The notes: generated by a model not told the origin, from the sequence alone. DNA of 64,000 bases from Christensenella sp. UBA6094 (GCA_002435915.1 DIWY01000003.1:73369-137368); one strand, 5' to 3'. Numbered from the stretch's first letter, positions 1 through 11,887 are shown. A program made the numbers and translations.

Positions 1-1859
1 CAGATAAAGATATAAAAAATGCATGGCTCGAAAACTTGAAAGATATAAATGTTTGTAGCCAAAAGGGCCTTGTTGATAGATTTGACAGCTCAGTTGGAGC
101 AGGCACTGTTCTTATGCCATTTGGTGGCAAATATCAAACGACACCTACTGAAGGCATGGCTGCTAAGCTACCTGTGCTCGTAGGCGAAACTGATACTGCA
201 ACAATAATGACTCATGGAGCTAACCCAGAGCTAGCAAAATGGAGCCCATTCCACGGCGCAGTGTATGCAATTGTTCAGTCACTTGCAAAAGTTACTGCAT
301 GTGGCGGTGACTATAAAAACGCAAGGCTAACATTACAAGAATATTTTGAAAAGCTTGGCAACGACCCAGTAAGATGGGGCAAGCCGCTTAGTGCTCTTCT
401 TGGTGCATTAGTAGCACAACAAGCATTTGAAGTGCCTGCAATCGGCGGTAAAGATAGCATGTCTGGCACGTTTATGGATATGGACGTTCCACCAACGCTC
501 GTAGCATTTGCTGTGGATGTTGCAAATGCAGAGGATATTATTTCTCCGGAATTCAAAAATGTAGGTAGCACAGTTGCTTTGATCCCTATAACAAGAGATG
601 AATACAACATGCCTAAATTTGAAGCACTTAAAAACAACTTTGACAGAGTAAATGCACTAATCAAAGAAGGCAAAATAACAGCTGCTTCAACAGTTAAGTA
701 TGGTGGAATTGCAGAAGCTGTTTCACTAATGAGCTTTGGTAACAAGATAGGCATAACTTTTGAGAATGACATAGAAAACAAAAAGCTATTTTTGCCTGAG
801 TATGGTTCGCTAATTGTAGAAATTGGTAGTGAGTTTAACGCTGATGAATTACTAAAAGGCATAGACTACAAGATATTAGGCGAAACGAATAATAATCAAA
901 CAATAGATATAAATAAAGATAAGATAAGCTTATCAGAAGCTTATGATGCATTTGAAGCTACTCTTGAAAATGTTTTCCCGACAAAAACAGCAGCAAAGGG
1001 TGAAATGATTAGCTGCAATTACAAAACTCAAAGCGGCAAAGCACCTAGCATAAAGATTGCAAAACCAAGAGTGCTTATAACCACCTTCCCAGGTAACAAC
1101 TGCGAGTATGAATCGCTTAGATCTTTTGAAAAAGCTGGAGCAAAAGGTGAAATACTTGTATTTAGAAACCAGTCAGCATCAGATATCGAGCAATCAATTG
1201 ATAGCATGGTAAAAGCAATAAACAATTCACAGATAGTAATGATACCTGGTGGTTTTAGTGCCGGAGATGAACCTGAAGGCTCAGGCAAATTCATTGCTGC
1301 TGTATTTAGAAACCCAAAGATAGCTGAAAGCATCATGAATCTTTTAAATAATAGAGATGGTCTGATGCTGGGAATATGCAATGGTTTTCAGGCACTCATT
1401 AAACTAGGGCTTGTACCATATGGCGAAATAAAAGATATTAGTGAAGACGACCCAACACTTACATATAACGAAATAGGCAGACACATTAATCAAATGGTAA
1501 ATACAAAGGTTGTATCCAAACTATCGCCTTGGTTTAGTAGCGCTGATTTGGGAGAAAGCTACACGATTCCTATATCTCATGGTGAAGGAAGATTTATGGG
1601 CAGTGATAAACTTATAAAGGAGTTATTCGAATCCGGACAGGTTGCTACGCAATACGTTAATCTCGATGGAAATCCAACGTATGATATAAAATTTAATCCA
1701 AATGGTTCAATGTACGCTGTTGAAGGCATTACTAGCCCAGACGGCAGAGTGCTTGGCAAGATGTGTCACTCTGAGCGAATTGGTAAAAACGTATCTAAAA
1801 ATACTTTTGGAAACAAAGACCAAAAAATATTTGAAAGCGGAGTTAATTATTTTAAATAA
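1..1859 (+). CDS. purL: Phosphoribosylformylglycinamidine (FGAM) synthase, C-terminal part; gene starts upstream of the window
   Basis: The frame is open from the window edge, with no in-frame stop upstream of ORF 36..1859. The C-terminus carries a class-I glutamine amidotransferase block (GICNGFQAL ... SHGEGRF) fused to the FGAM synthase body. The gene heads the pur cluster. Confidence 0.9.
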   Translation, partial: DKDIKNAWLENLKDINVCSQKGLVDRFDSSVGAGTVLMPFGGKYQTTPTEGMAAKLPVLVGETDTATIMTHGANPELAKWSPFHGAVYAIVQSLAKVTACGGDYKNARLTLQEYFEKLGNDPVRWGKPLSALLGALVAQQAFEVPAIGGKDSMSGTFMDMDVPPTLVAFAVDVANAEDIISPEFKNVGSTVALIPITRDEYNMPKFEALKNNFDRVNALIKEGKITAASTVKYGGIAEAVSLMSFGNKIGITFENDIENKKLFLPEYGSLIVEIGSEFNADELLKGIDYKILGETNNNQTIDINKDKISLSEAYDAFEATLENVFPTKTAAKGEMISCNYKTQSGKAPSIKIAKPRVLITTFPGNNCEYESLRSFEKAGAKGEILVFRNQSASDIEQSIDSMVKAINNSQIVMIPGGFSAGDEPEGSGKFIAAVFRNPKIAESIMNLLNNRDGLMLGICNGFQALIKLGLVPYGEIKDISEDDPTLTYNEIGRHINQMVNTKVVSKLSPWFSSADLGESYTIPISHGEGRFMGSDKLIKELFESGQVATQYVNLDGNPTYDIKFNPNGSMYAVEGITSPDGRVLGKMCHSERIGKNVSKNTFGNKDQKIFESGVNYFK

Positions 1860-1870
1860 GGGGGTTTAAT

Positions 1871-2350
1871 ATGAAGGTTGCAATTATCTTTGGCAGCAGA
1901 TCCGACACTGAAAAAATGAAAGGTGCGGCAAGTGCACTAAAAGAATTTAACGTGGAATACAAAGCATTTATTCTTTCAGCACACAGAGTGCCTGAGAAAC
2001 TCTCAGAAACAATTAAGAACATCGAAAACGAAGGTTATGAGTGCATCATCGCAGCAGCAGGGCTTGCAGCACATTTGCCTGGCGTCATTGCATCGCATAC
2101 AGTGCTTCCTGTTATAGGAGTGCCAATAGATGCAGCACTTGGTGGAATGGATTCATTACTATCAATAGTTCAGATGCCAAAATCAATTCCAGTAGCTACC
2201 GTAGGCATAAACAACAGCTATAATGCAGGTATGTTAGCGGTGCAGATTCTTTCAGTAAAATACCCTGAAATAAAGGGAAAACTTATAGAGTATAGGAACA
2301 ACATGAAACAAAAATTTATTAGCGAAAATGAAGAAGGAGTGGAATTATAA
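1871..2350 (+). CDS. purE: 5-(carboxyamino)imidazole ribonucleotide mutase
   Basis: 159 aa. PurE-like sequence [12 protein letters not shown]...SAHRVPEKL...[11 protein letters not shown]. Lies in the pur operon. Confidence 0.93.
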   Translation: MKVAIIFGSRSDTEKMKGAASALKEFNVEYKAFILSAHRVPEKLSETIKNIENEGYECIIAAAGLAAHLPGVIASHTVLPVIGVPIDAALGGMDSLLSIVQMPKSIPVATVGINNSYNAGMLAVQILSVKYPEIKGKLIEYRNNMKQKFISENEEGVEL

Positions 2351-2351
2351 A

Positions 2352-3056
2352 ATGGAAAAATTAGAAATGATCTACGAAGGCAAAGCAAAAAAGGTTTATA
2401 CTACAACTGATAAGGACAAAATTGTTATCTATTACAAGGACGATGCAACAGCTTTTAACGGTCTAAAAAAAGGTCAAATATTAGATAAAGGCGTTATGAA
2501 CAATACAATTACTTCAATCTTTTTTGAAATGTTAGCAAAGAACGGTATCAAGACACACTTCGAGAAGAAACTAAGTGATAGAGAACAACTATGCAAAAAA
2601 GTACAAATAATACCACTTGAAGTAATCACAAGAAATGTTGCAGCTGGTAGCATGGCAAAAAGACTTGGTCTTGAAGAAGGCATGGAGCTAAAGAGCCCTG
2701 TATTTGAAATAAGCTATAAAAACGATGAGCTAGCTGATCCACTAATCAATGATTACCATGCTATGGCAATAGGACTAGCTACTGCAGAAGAACTAAAAAC
2801 AATTTATGATATGACAGCAAAAATAAACGAACTTCTAAAAGCATTCCTTTTAGAGCGTGGAATAAAGCTTATCGACTTCAAACTTGAGTTTGGCAAATAC
2901 AATGGCGAGATAATACTTGCTGACGAAATCTCACCAGATACATGCAGATTCTGGGATGCTGAAACAAACGAAAAGCTTGATAAAGATAGATTCAGAAGAG
3001 ATCTTGGCAACGTTGAGCAAGCATATATCGAAATAATCAAAAGACTTGGCGTATAA
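2352..3056 (+). CDS. purC: SAICAR synthetase
   Basis: ATG at 2352 gives the N-terminus [16 protein letters not shown]. The [14 protein letters not shown] motif is present. The longer ORF from 2328 overlaps the end of purE. Confidence 0.93.
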   Translation: MEKLEMIYEGKAKKVYTTTDKDKIVIYYKDDATAFNGLKKGQILDKGVMNNTITSIFFEMLAKNGIKTHFEKKLSDREQLCKKVQIIPLEVITRNVAAGSMAKRLGLEEGMELKSPVFEISYKNDELADPLINDYHAMAIGLATAEELKTIYDMTAKINELLKAFLLERGIKLIDFKLEFGKYNGEIILADEISPDTCRFWDAETNEKLDKDRFRRDLGNVEQAYIEIIKRLGV

Positions 3057-3103
3057 TAAACAAGGTGTATCATGTAAGTGGTTACATGGAAAGGAAGGGC
3101 ACT

Positions 3104-4516
3104 GTGTACGACGTAGAAAATGATAAATTTAAAGAAGAATGCGGTGTATTTGGTATTTATTCCGCTAAAGATAAACTAGACGTAGCTTCTTTAACTTATT
3201 ACGGGCTTTATGCTCTTCAACATAGAGGGCAAGAAAGTGCAGGTATAACAATTTCTGATGGAGAGAGTCTCTCATGCACAAAAGGTATGGGCCTTGTTAG
3301 TGAGGTCTTTAATGAGAAAGTACTTGAACCAATGAAAGGGATATCGGCAATTGGCCATGTAAGATATTCGACAACAGGTTCGAGTAACATTATGAATGCT
3401 CAGCCACTATTAAGCGAATTCAAGCTAGGAGCAATCTCCATCGGGCATAACGGCAATTTAGTTAACACTGATGTAATAAGAGAGCTTTTAGAAGATGCTG
3501 GTTGCATTTTCCACACTTCTACAGACTCTGAAGTAATACTTAATCTCATATCAAGATCAGCTAAAAAAGGTGTTGAAAGAGCTGTAGTAGAAGCGATAGA
3601 AGCAATTAAGGGTGCTTATGCTGTTGTAATATTAACTAAAGATAAGCTAATCGGCGTAAGAGATCCGAACGGTATCAGACCGCTTTGCATTGGCAAGTTA
3701 AACGATAGCTATATTCTAGCTTCCGAGAGCTGCGCGCTGGATGCTGTTCAAGCAGACTTTGTTAGAGACGTAAACCCAGGCGAAATTGTCATAATAGATG
3801 AAAACGGCATTAAGTCAATAAACGTAGCAGAAAAAACGAAATGCGAGACATGCGCTTTTGAATACATTTATTTTGCTAGACCTGATAGCGTAATGGACGA
3901 GATTAACGTGTATTCTTCAAGGGTAAGAGCAGGAATGCAACTTTATAAGGAAAGCCCTGTTGAAGCTGATATAGTAATTGGCGTACCAGACTCGGGTATT
4001 GCGGCTGCTGAAGGATTCTCGATAGCTTCTGGAATACCTTATAAAATGGGCCTTATTAAAAACAAATATATAGGAAGAACATTTATTTCTCCTTCTCAAG
4101 ACCTGAGAGAGAAGGCAGTTTCAGTTAAAATGAATGTCTTAAAAGTAAATGTTGAAGGCAAGAGAGTTGTGCTAATAGACGACTCAATCGTCAGAGGAAC
4201 AACAAGTAGAAAGCTTGTGGAACTGTTAAGAAGAGCTGGCGCAACTGAAGTTCATTTTAAAGTTGCTTCACCAATGGTAAAATTCCCATGTTATTTTGGG
4301 ATTGATATATCATCAAGAGATGAACTAATAGGCGCTTACAAAACGGCAGAACAAGTAAATGAGCATATTTCTGCTGATAGCATAGGCTATTTAAGCATTG
4401 ACGGCTTCCTTGAATCACTTAAAGCAGACAAAGGATTTTGCTTGGGTTGCTTTAGAGGAGTGTATCCTCTTTCAGCTCCAATCGGAGCATCAAAGGATAG
4501 ACTGAATAAATGTTAG
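3104..4516 (+). CDS. purF: Amidophosphoribosyltransferase
   Basis: CGVFGIY N-terminal nucleophile Cys after a short propeptide, and the PRTase loop VVLIDDSIVRGTT. The start is ambiguous (3065, 3086 or 3104). GTG at 3104 follows GGAAGGG and leaves a 12-aa propeptide. Confidence 0.9.
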   Translation: MYDVENDKFKEECGVFGIYSAKDKLDVASLTYYGLYALQHRGQESAGITISDGESLSCTKGMGLVSEVFNEKVLEPMKGISAIGHVRYSTTGSSNIMNAQPLLSEFKLGAISIGHNGNLVNTDVIRELLEDAGCIFHTSTDSEVILNLISRSAKKGVERAVVEAIEAIKGAYAVVILTKDKLIGVRDPNGIRPLCIGKLNDSYILASESCALDAVQADFVRDVNPGEIVIIDENGIKSINVAEKTKCETCAFEYIYFARPDSVMDEINVYSSRVRAGMQLYKESPVEADIVIGVPDSGIAAAEGFSIASGIPYKMGLIKNKYIGRTFISPSQDLREKAVSVKMNVLKVNVEGKRVVLIDDSIVRGTTSRKLVELLRRAGATEVHFKVASPMVKFPCYFGIDISSRDELIGAYKTAEQVNEHISADSIGYLSIDGFLESLKADKGFCLGCFRGVYPLSAPIGASKDRLNKC

Positions 4517-4535
4517 GAAAGGCAGATACTTCAAT

Positions 4536-5531
4536 ATGGTAACGTATAAAGATTCGGGTGTGGACATAAACGAAGGTTATAAATCCGTAAAACTCGTGAA
4601 AGAGCATGCTGCCAAGACTTTCATCCCTGGAGTACTAAGCAATATCGGAAGCTTTGCTGGTATGTTTGAACTGGGTGAGTATAAAAACCCTGTACTTGTT
4701 TCTGGCACAGACGGTGTTGGCACAAAACTTCAGATTGCATTTAAAACAAATAAGTATGACACAGTAGGTATTGATTGCGTGGCGATGTGCGTTAACGACA
4801 TACTTTGCCACGGAGCAAAACCGCTGTTCTTTCTTGATTATTTAGCATGTGGTAAACTCGAGGCAAATGTAGCAGCTGATATGGTAAAAGGCGTTTCAGA
4901 TGGTTGTATTCAGGCTGGCTGTGCACTCATTGGTGGAGAAACAGCAGAAATGCCAGGCTTTTACAGCGACGGAGAATATGATATCGCTGGCTTTTGTGTT
5001 GGCGTCGTAGAGAAAGATGAAATAATAGACGGCAGTAAGATAAAAGACGGTGATACGCTTATCGGCATTGCATCTTCAGGGCTACATAGCAATGGCTTTT
5101 CTCTTGTAAGAAAACTAATAACAGATCTTGATGCTGATTTTAACGGACAGAAAATGGGTGATGTTCTTTTAACACCTACAAAAATCTATGTAAAGCTAAT
5201 TCAGGCGCTTATGGAAGAATTCGAAATAAAAGGCATGGCACATATTACTGGCGGTGGCTTTATCGAAAACATTCCAAGAATGTTTAATGGTGAGTTTACA
5301 GCTATAGTAGAAAAAAATAGCTATGAAGTACCTGCAATATTCAAACATATGATGTCATTAGGAGTTAGAGAAGAGGACATGTACAATACATATAATATGG
5401 GTATTGGCTTTGTTATCTGCGTCTCTAGTGATATTGCACCTAAAGTTTTAGAGAGAATAACATCTTTAGGAGAAACAGCATACGTGATTGGTCATGTAGA
5501 GGCTCAAGGAGAAGGCATATGTTTAAAATAG
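4536..5531 (+). CDS. purM: AIR synthetase
   Basis: Motifs SGTDGVGTKL and GGETAEMPG; pur operon context. Confidence 0.94.
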   Translation: MVTYKDSGVDINEGYKSVKLVKEHAAKTFIPGVLSNIGSFAGMFELGEYKNPVLVSGTDGVGTKLQIAFKTNKYDTVGIDCVAMCVNDILCHGAKPLFFLDYLACGKLEANVAADMVKGVSDGCIQAGCALIGGETAEMPGFYSDGEYDIAGFCVGVVEKDEIIDGSKIKDGDTLIGIASSGLHSNGFSLVRKLITDLDADFNGQKMGDVLLTPTKIYVKLIQALMEEFEIKGMAHITGGGFIENIPRMFNGEFTAIVEKNSYEVPAIFKHMMSLGVREEDMYNTYNMGIGFVICVSSDIAPKVLERITSLGETAYVIGHVEAQGEGICLK

Positions 5532-6139
5532 CAGTGCTTATATCCGGTGGCGGGACTGATATGCAATCCATAATTGATGGTATTAAAAGCGGATATATAA
5601 AAAACTGTAGCATAGAAGCAGTCATAAGTGATAACCCAAATGCTTATGGAATAGAACGAGCTAAAAATGAGGGTATAGCTACTTATGTTGTAGATAGAAA
5701 GTCAAAGCTTGAAAGCGTGTCAGATCAAATACTTAAGATCATTGACGGCAAAGTTGATCTCATTGTACTTGCAGGATTTTTATCTATACTTAGTGGCGAT
5801 ATAATAGAAAAATATAATAATAAGATAGTTAATATTCATCCATCCCTTATACCAGCTTTTTGTGGGCCTGGTATGTATGGTATGAATGTACATAAAAAAG
5901 CACTGGAATACGGAGTGAAAGTCTCCGGATGTACTGTACATTTTGTTGATAGTGGCACGGATACAGGTCCTATTATTATTCAAAAATCAGTGCCGGTTTA
6001 CGATAACGATACTACCGAGGATCTTCAACAAAGAATTCTTATAGAAGAGCATAAGGCACTACCTGAAGCTATAAAGTATTTAGCTGATGGAAGAGTAAAA
6101 GTTACAGGTAGAAAAGTAGAAATTTTGGAGGAGTTGTAA
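5519..6139 (+). CDS. purN: GAR formyltransferase
   Basis: Motifs [16 protein letters not shown] and [14 protein letters not shown]; overlaps the end of purM. Confidence 0.93.
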   Translation: MFKIAVLISGGGTDMQSIIDGIKSGYIKNCSIEAVISDNPNAYGIERAKNEGIATYVVDRKSKLESVSDQILKIIDGKVDLIVLAGFLSILSGDIIEKYNNKIVNIHPSLIPAFCGPGMYGMNVHKKALEYGVKVSGCTVHFVDSGTDTGPIIIQKSVPVYDNDTTEDLQQRILIEEHKALPEAIKYLADGRVKVTGRKVEILEEL

Positions 6140-7656
6140 TGATAGAAAGAGCACTTATAAGTGTGTTTTATAAGGAAGGGATTCTTGAGTTCGCCAAGTT
6201 TTTACAAAATAGAGGCGTAGAGATAATTTCGACTGGTGGAACATTTAAATACCTAAAAGAAAATGGTATTGGAGTTGTGGAAGTATCTGATGTCACAGGA
6301 TTTGATGAGATACTTGATGGCAGAGTAAAAACACTTCATCCTATAATTCATAGTGGTATTTTGGCTATAAGAGATAACAAAGAGCATATGGATACGATAA
6401 AAGCAAAAAACATTAATCCTATAGATATTGTTATAGTTAACCTTTACCCGTTCTTTGAAAAAGTAGATGCTGATCTTAATTTCGATGAAAAAGTTGAGTT
6501 TATTGATATCGGTGGACCTACAATGCTAAGAGCAGCAGCTAAGAATTTCCAAGATGTCTTAGTGCTTTCAGATACAAACGATTATAAAAACGTCATGGAA
6601 CAGATAGAGAAGACTGGTGATGTTGACTATAACACAAGAAAAACTTGTGCAGGAAAAGTATTTAATTTGATGTCAGCATACGATGGCGCAATAAGCAGAT
6701 TTTTCTTAAGCGATGTAGAATATCCAGAATACTACAGCATGTCGTACAAAAAAGCTATGGATCTTAGATATGGTGAGAACCCACATCAAACAGCAGCTTT
6801 TTACACTGCTACGACTGGCAAAGCAGCTATGAAAGATTATGAACAACTTAACGGCAAAGAATTATCTTATAACAATTTCAAAGATATGGACATAGCATGG
6901 AAAACCGTTTGGGAATTTGATGAGATAGCATGCTGCGGACTAAAGCATAATACACCATGTGGAGTAGCTATTGCAGATAATGTTTATGATGCGTATTTAA
7001 GAGCATTTGCAGGAGATTCTGTTTCAATATTTGGCGGCATAATAGCTTTTAACACAGCAGTAGATAAGAAGACAGCAGAAGAAATGGTTAAGATTTTCTT
7101 TGAGATAGTTATCGCTCCTGATTTTGATGAAGATGCGCTTGAAGTTCTCAAGAAAAAGAAAAATCTAAGAGTAATAAAATGTGCAGTTAAACCGTCAGAC
7201 AATTTTGATCTTGCAAAAGTTGATGGCGGAATACTTGTTCAAAGCATTGATAAAGATTTAGTAAGTGAAGTAAAAGTTGTTACTGAAGCTAAACCTACTG
7301 AAAAAGAAATGCAAGACATGCTATTTGGTATGAAAGTTGTTAAACTAGTTAAATCGAATGCAGTTCTTCTTGCTAAAGACGGCAGGACTATCGCTATAGG
7401 TGGTGGATCAGTTAACAGAATTTGGCCAACTGAAGAAGCGCTAAAAAGAGCAGAGGAAAAGGGCGAATTAGAAGGAGCTGTATTTGTATCTGATGCGTAC
7501 TTCCCATTCGGAGATGTCGTAGCAGAGATAGCTAAATATGGTATAAAAGCAATAGTTCAGCCAGGTGGCTCCATAAACGACCAATTATCAATTGACGAAT
7601 GTAATAAGCATGGCATTTCCATGGTGTTTACCGGGTTAAGACATTTTAAACATTAA
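6139..7656 (+). CDS. purH: Bifunctional AICAR transformylase / IMP cyclohydrolase
   Basis: 505 aa. N-terminal MGS-like domain (STGGT), YGENPHQ motif, and an AICARFT C-terminal domain. Confidence 0.95.
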   Translation: MIERALISVFYKEGILEFAKFLQNRGVEIISTGGTFKYLKENGIGVVEVSDVTGFDEILDGRVKTLHPIIHSGILAIRDNKEHMDTIKAKNINPIDIVIVNLYPFFEKVDADLNFDEKVEFIDIGGPTMLRAAAKNFQDVLVLSDTNDYKNVMEQIEKTGDVDYNTRKTCAGKVFNLMSAYDGAISRFFLSDVEYPEYYSMSYKKAMDLRYGENPHQTAAFYTATTGKAAMKDYEQLNGKELSYNNFKDMDIAWKTVWEFDEIACCGLKHNTPCGVAIADNVYDAYLRAFAGDSVSIFGGIIAFNTAVDKKTAEEMVKIFFEIVIAPDFDEDALEVLKKKKNLRVIKCAVKPSDNFDLAKVDGGILVQSIDKDLVSEVKVVTEAKPTEKEMQDMLFGMKVVKLVKSNAVLLAKDGRTIAIGGGSVNRIWPTEEALKRAEEKGELEGAVFVSDAYFPFGDVVAEIAKYGIKAIVQPGGSINDQLSIDECNKHGISMVFTGLRHFKH

Positions 7657-7671
7657 GTGAGGTTTAAAACT

Positions 7672-8925
7672 ATGAAAATAATGATTGTAGGCAGTGGTGG
7701 AAGAGAGCATGCAATAGCTTGGAAGATAGCACAGAACAGCTCAGTGAGCAAAATATATTGCGCACCAGGTAATGGTGGTACATACGAAGAAGAAAAGTGC
7801 GAAAATGTTGACTTGCATACTATTGACGAAATGTACGATTTTGCAAAAAAAGAAGAAATAGATATAACGTTTGTTGGTCCCGAAGGCTATCTTGTTGATG
7901 GAATCGTAGATAAATTCAAAAGTGGTGGACTAAAAATATTTGGGCCATCAAGGGAAGCTGCACAGCTTGAAGGCAGTAAGATTTACTCCAAAAAGTTTAT
8001 GCAGAAATACGGCATAAGAACAGCAGCCTGTGAAACATTCGAGGATAGACAAAAAGCACTAGATTATCTAAAAACATGCCCATATCCAGCAGTAATAAAA
8101 GCCGATGGGCTTGCAGCAGGAAAAGGTGTAGTAATCTGTGGCGATTATGCTGAAGCTGAAAATACAATAAATGATTTTATGGTAAATGATATTTTCCATG
8201 GCTCTGGTAAAAAGCTTGTCATTGAAGAATTTTTAGATGGAGTAGAAGCTTCGATACTTTCTATTACCGATGGAGAGTGCATAATACCATTCATTTCTGC
8301 TAAAGATCATAAAAATATCTTTGATGAAGACAAAGGGCCAAACACAGGTGGTATGGGTGCTATAGCACCAAACCCATATTGTACTAAAGACGTTATGGAA
8401 TCGTTTATGACGGATATACTAGAACCAACACTAACTGGCTTCAAACAAGAAAAGCTTGATTACACTGGTATTGTGTTCTTTGGCCTTATGATAACAAAAA
8501 AAGGTGTTTATCTGCTTGAATACAATGTGAGAATGGGCGATCCTGAAACTCAGGTTGTACTTCCAATGATGAAAAGCGATCTAGTGGATATAATTGTTGC
8601 AGCTTTGGACAAAAAGCTTAGTGATTTCCCTATTGAGTGGAACGAAGGAGCTGCATGTTGCGTTGTTGCTGCTTCAAAAGGTTATCCAGCAGATTATGAA
8701 ACAGGTATCAAGATAAACGTAAAGCCTTATAGCGATGGAAAAGTGTTCATTGCAGGCGCTGAATATAAAGATAATAGTTTGCATACTGCAGGTGGTAGGG
8801 TATTATGCTTTGCAGCCACTGGAAGCACACTAGACGAAGCAATAGATAAGTCATACGAAGGCATGAAAAGCGTAGAGTTTGACGGGATGTACCATAGAAA
8901 CGATATTGGAACGATATATAACTAA
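7672..8925 (+). CDS. purD: GAR synthetase
   Basis: ATG at 7672 follows GTGAGG and gives MKIMIVGSGGREHA. ATP-grasp body. Confidence 0.94.
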   Translation: MKIMIVGSGGREHAIAWKIAQNSSVSKIYCAPGNGGTYEEEKCENVDLHTIDEMYDFAKKEEIDITFVGPEGYLVDGIVDKFKSGGLKIFGPSREAAQLEGSKIYSKKFMQKYGIRTAACETFEDRQKALDYLKTCPYPAVIKADGLAAGKGVVICGDYAEAENTINDFMVNDIFHGSGKKLVIEEFLDGVEASILSITDGECIIPFISAKDHKNIFDEDKGPNTGGMGAIAPNPYCTKDVMESFMTDILEPTLTGFKQEKLDYTGIVFFGLMITKKGVYLLEYNVRMGDPETQVVLPMMKSDLVDIIVAALDKKLSDFPIEWNEGAACCVVAASKGYPADYETGIKINVKPYSDGKVFIAGAEYKDNSLHTAGGRVLCFAATGSTLDEAIDKSYEGMKSVEFDGMYHRNDIGTIYN

Positions 8926-8933
8926 ACAAAAAA

Positions 8934-8965
8934 GGACTGGCAGATTAATGCCAGTCCCTATTTTA
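8934..8965. terminator. Bidirectional intrinsic terminator between convergent purD and rqcH
   Basis: Stem GGACTGGCA (8934-8942) pairs with TGCCAGTCC (8949-8957). An A-run lies upstream and a T-rich tract downstream. Confidence 0.75.
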
Positions 8966-10717
8966 TTTCTCTAATAGTCTTTCAACAATCTGCTCGTTAG
9001 GAGTAACAAACAAAGTCTTTTGGTGCGTGTAGATAACCATGCCTGGTTTCGCACCAGACGGCTTTTTTACATACTGCACTTTTGTGTAATCAACAGGAAC
9101 ATTTTGCGAGTGCCTTGCTTTACTATTGTATGCAGCGATTGTAGCCGCCTCTAAAAGTGTTTGCTCAGAAGGCTCTTTTTTGTTAGTTTTGATTACTACA
9201 TGAGTGCCATGTATATCTTTAGTATGGAGCCATTTGTCATCATCTTCAGCCATTTTTAGAGTGAGTATATCGTTCTGCTTATTGTTCTTGCCAGCATATA
9301 TTATAGAGCCATCTGTGGCAATGTATTTGAGCGGTTTAGATTGCTCTTTTCTTATCTTATCTTTTTTTAATTTCTTCTTTTCGTCTTTTAAATAGCCCTC
9401 GTGTATTAGCTCTTGGCGAATTTCTTGTATATCATCAGTACTTTCGCAGCGTTCTATGGCATCCAAGGTGCTCTCCAGATACGCTATTTCTTGCTCTAAC
9501 ACTGTTTTTTCATTGTTTGCATACTGCTGAGCAAGCTTTAGTTTATTGTAGCGCTTATAGTATTTTTGGGCGTTTGCTGAGGGAGAGAGCCGTTCGTCTA
9601 ACTGTATTTCTACTTGCTCGTTTGTGTAGTAGTTTAAAAGTATTGCTTTTGTCATGCCTTTTTTTAGTGCGTATATATTACTTGTGATAAGTTCTCCATA
9701 AAGTGCATATTTATCAAGTTTGTTTGCATCGATTAGCGTCTGCAACTGTATAGCCAGTCGGTTTTGACTTTTTTGCAGTCGTATTTTTAGCCCTTGGCTT
9801 ATTGCACTCTTTTTAGCGCTTAATGCTGAAAGAGATTCTCTTTTTATATAGAACGCATCTAGCGCTTCGTTCATGCTATTTTTAGGACGTTGAAGCGAAG
9901 AGCTATACGACATATAAACAAATGGTAGAACATTAATAGGTTTATTCTCAAAATTCAATAGAAGAGTAGGTGTGTACTCACCATTTTTGATTAGGGTAAA
10001 CACATCCATAATGTGCTGGCTTATATGCGATATTTCACTCTTGCTAAGCTCTGTTATGTCCAAGTCCTCATTGGTGCTAGCCCTACATGCAATTTCTCTT
10101 GCTAGAGCAGGAGAGAGGCCTTCAAAAGTATTCAACATATACGTTGTCAAAGAGCCAGTTCCTTTACCTATAATTTCTTCTAGAGATACTAGAGAAATAT
10201 TTTCTAAGTTATATTTGCCTTGAGAAGGAGGAAGCTCATATTCAAGCCCAGGAAGAACCTGTCTTAGTCTGCTTATAGAAACAGGAATATGTTTAATGCT
10301 ATCAAGTATTTTGCCAGCTTGGTCGCAAAGAATGATATTACTGTGCTTGCCCATAAGTTCTGCATATAATTTATAATTTTTGAGTTCGCCCATCTCATCT
10401 GCACTAAGTATCGTTATAAGTGCTACTCTTTCAAGAGACATTTGCTCTATGCTGACAATCCTGCCATTAAGTAAGTATTTTCTAAGCACCATGCAAAAAG
10501 GTGGAGCGGACATAGGATTTTCTTTCTGTAGATCTGTTAAATTGATTCTGCAATCGTTTGCATTTGCGCTAATAATAAGCTTATATGCATCTTTCTCTTT
10601 TTTAAGCTGAAATATAGTTTCGTCCTTTCTAGGGACGTGAATTTTTGCGATTTTAGCACCAATTAATCTCTGCAATTCAATTATCGTGCTATTTAAAATT
10701 ATGCCATCTATTGCCAT
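8963..10717 (-). CDS. rqcH: Ribosome quality-control protein RqcH (NFACT / FbpA family)
   Basis: 584 aa. NFACT-N-like N-terminus, a central coiled coil, and a C-terminal DUF814-like block (WLHTKDIHGTHVVIK). Confidence 0.85.
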   Translation of the reverse strand: MAIDGIILNSTIIELQRLIGAKIAKIHVPRKDETIFQLKKEKDAYKLIISANANDCRINLTDLQKENPMSAPPFCMVLRKYLLNGRIVSIEQMSLERVALITILSADEMGELKNYKLYAELMGKHSNIILCDQAGKILDSIKHIPVSISRLRQVLPGLEYELPPSQGKYNLENISLVSLEEIIGKGTGSLTTYMLNTFEGLSPALAREIACRASTNEDLDITELSKSEISHISQHIMDVFTLIKNGEYTPTLLLNFENKPINVLPFVYMSYSSSLQRPKNSMNEALDAFYIKRESLSALSAKKSAISQGLKIRLQKSQNRLAIQLQTLIDANKLDKYALYGELITSNIYALKKGMTKAILLNYYTNEQVEIQLDERLSPSANAQKYYKRYNKLKLAQQYANNEKTVLEQEIAYLESTLDAIERCESTDDIQEIRQELIHEGYLKDEKKKLKKDKIRKEQSKPLKYIATDGSIIYAGKNNKQNDILTLKMAEDDDKWLHTKDIHGTHVVIKTNKKEPSEQTLLEAATIAAYNSKARHSQNVPVDYTKVQYVKKPSGAKPGMVIYTHQKTLFVTPNEQIVERLLEK

Positions 10718-10865
10718 AAGAACCTCTTCAATGCGTTTTTTCTTATTGTAGCATAAAATGGCGGCAATTGCTGTAATAGCTGTTGTGTGATAAAATATTT
10801 TTTATAAGACATATAGACCCCGGATAGCTAATATACATTAGTAATTGCTAAAAGGGGGTTAATAC

Positions 10866-11873
10866 ATGTTTAATAAAAAAGTCAAATGTATAACAGTTAT
10901 GTTTTTATCTACCTGCATGGTTCTTGCAAGTGGTTGCTCAAATAATACAGCAAGCGTAGAACCTGATTCTACAGCAACAACGGCTAGCGTAATCAGTAAA
11001 GTAGAATCACAATTGTACAGGAGCACAGATACAAGCAGTAACCTAGACAAAAACAGCACAATATTATACTACAAAAATGAAGATGGTCTTATTGTACCCA
11101 TCATGCGCAAACTAGATAAAACTTTAGATGTGCAAGATGTAGTTAATTTGCTTATTTCAACTGATGAAATTAGTGCAGATCTTACTAAAATGAATCTTAG
11201 CGCACTTATTCCTAAAGATACAACAGTTGTTGTAACGTTGGACGATAAAGTTGCGAATGTGAACTTTAAAAATCTTAAAAACAAGAATGCTAAAGACGAA
11301 GCAAGTATGGTTGCAGGAGTAGTTAATACATTACTATCTTTACCAACAGTAGACAGTGTACGCATTACGCTTAACGGTAAAGCAGCAGAGCAGATGGCGT
11401 ATGGAACAAACATATCAAAACATATTACGCAATTGGACTACAACGTTGAAACGATTTCAAGAAGTGTAAATGTTAACACTGCAAAAAAAATAAAGCTATA
11501 CTATCTAAGCCCAGAAGGATATTTAATAGTTCCTACAATAAGATACATCGAAACAAAAGTAACAGCTGAGAATCTAGTAAATGAATTGCTTAAAGGTCCT
11601 GACGATGCACAGAACTTACTTACTGGCATTCCAGAAGGGACGAAACTAAATAGCTCCAAAATATCTGCGGATGGAATTGTTACTTTAGATTTCTCTTCAG
11701 AGTTTAATGATATAAAAGAATATACAGAGTTAAATACTACAATACTAAAAACAATAATACTTACATGCGAGCAGCTAAAGGAAGTGCAGGGAGTTGAAAT
11801 CACCGTTGATGGTGAAGCACTTGAAATGGACACGACAACATTGTCCTCGCCAGTTTACGCAAACGAGTATTAA
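10866..11873 (+). CDS. gerM: GerM-domain lipoprotein (germination/sporulation)
   Basis: Lipoprotein signal with lipobox LASGC. Two GerMN-like repeats. Sits immediately upstream of rph, as in Bacillus and Clostridia. Confidence 0.7.
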   Translation: MFNKKVKCITVMFLSTCMVLASGCSNNTASVEPDSTATTASVISKVESQLYRSTDTSSNLDKNSTILYYKNEDGLIVPIMRKLDKTLDVQDVVNLLISTDEISADLTKMNLSALIPKDTTVVVTLDDKVANVNFKNLKNKNAKDEASMVAGVVNTLLSLPTVDSVRITLNGKAAEQMAYGTNISKHITQLDYNVETISRSVNVNTAKKIKLYYLSPEGYLIVPTIRYIETKVTAENLVNELLKGPDDAQNLLTGIPEGTKLNSSKISADGIVTLDFSSEFNDIKEYTELNTTILKTIILTCEQLKEVQGVEITVDGEALEMDTTTLSSPVYANEY

Positions 11874-11887
11874 TATAGGAGGAACAA

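Noticed and set aside
311-1381. Minus-strand ORFs inside purL (311..862, 1028..1381), and similar internal or antisense ORFs within other housekeeping genes (for example 2041..2223, 5780..5983, 9204..10610, 14567..14968, 50935..51387).
   Set aside because: Each is fully embedded in a longer ORF with clear enzyme motifs and operon context. Their products are low-complexity or hydrophobic, which is typical of off-frame translation.
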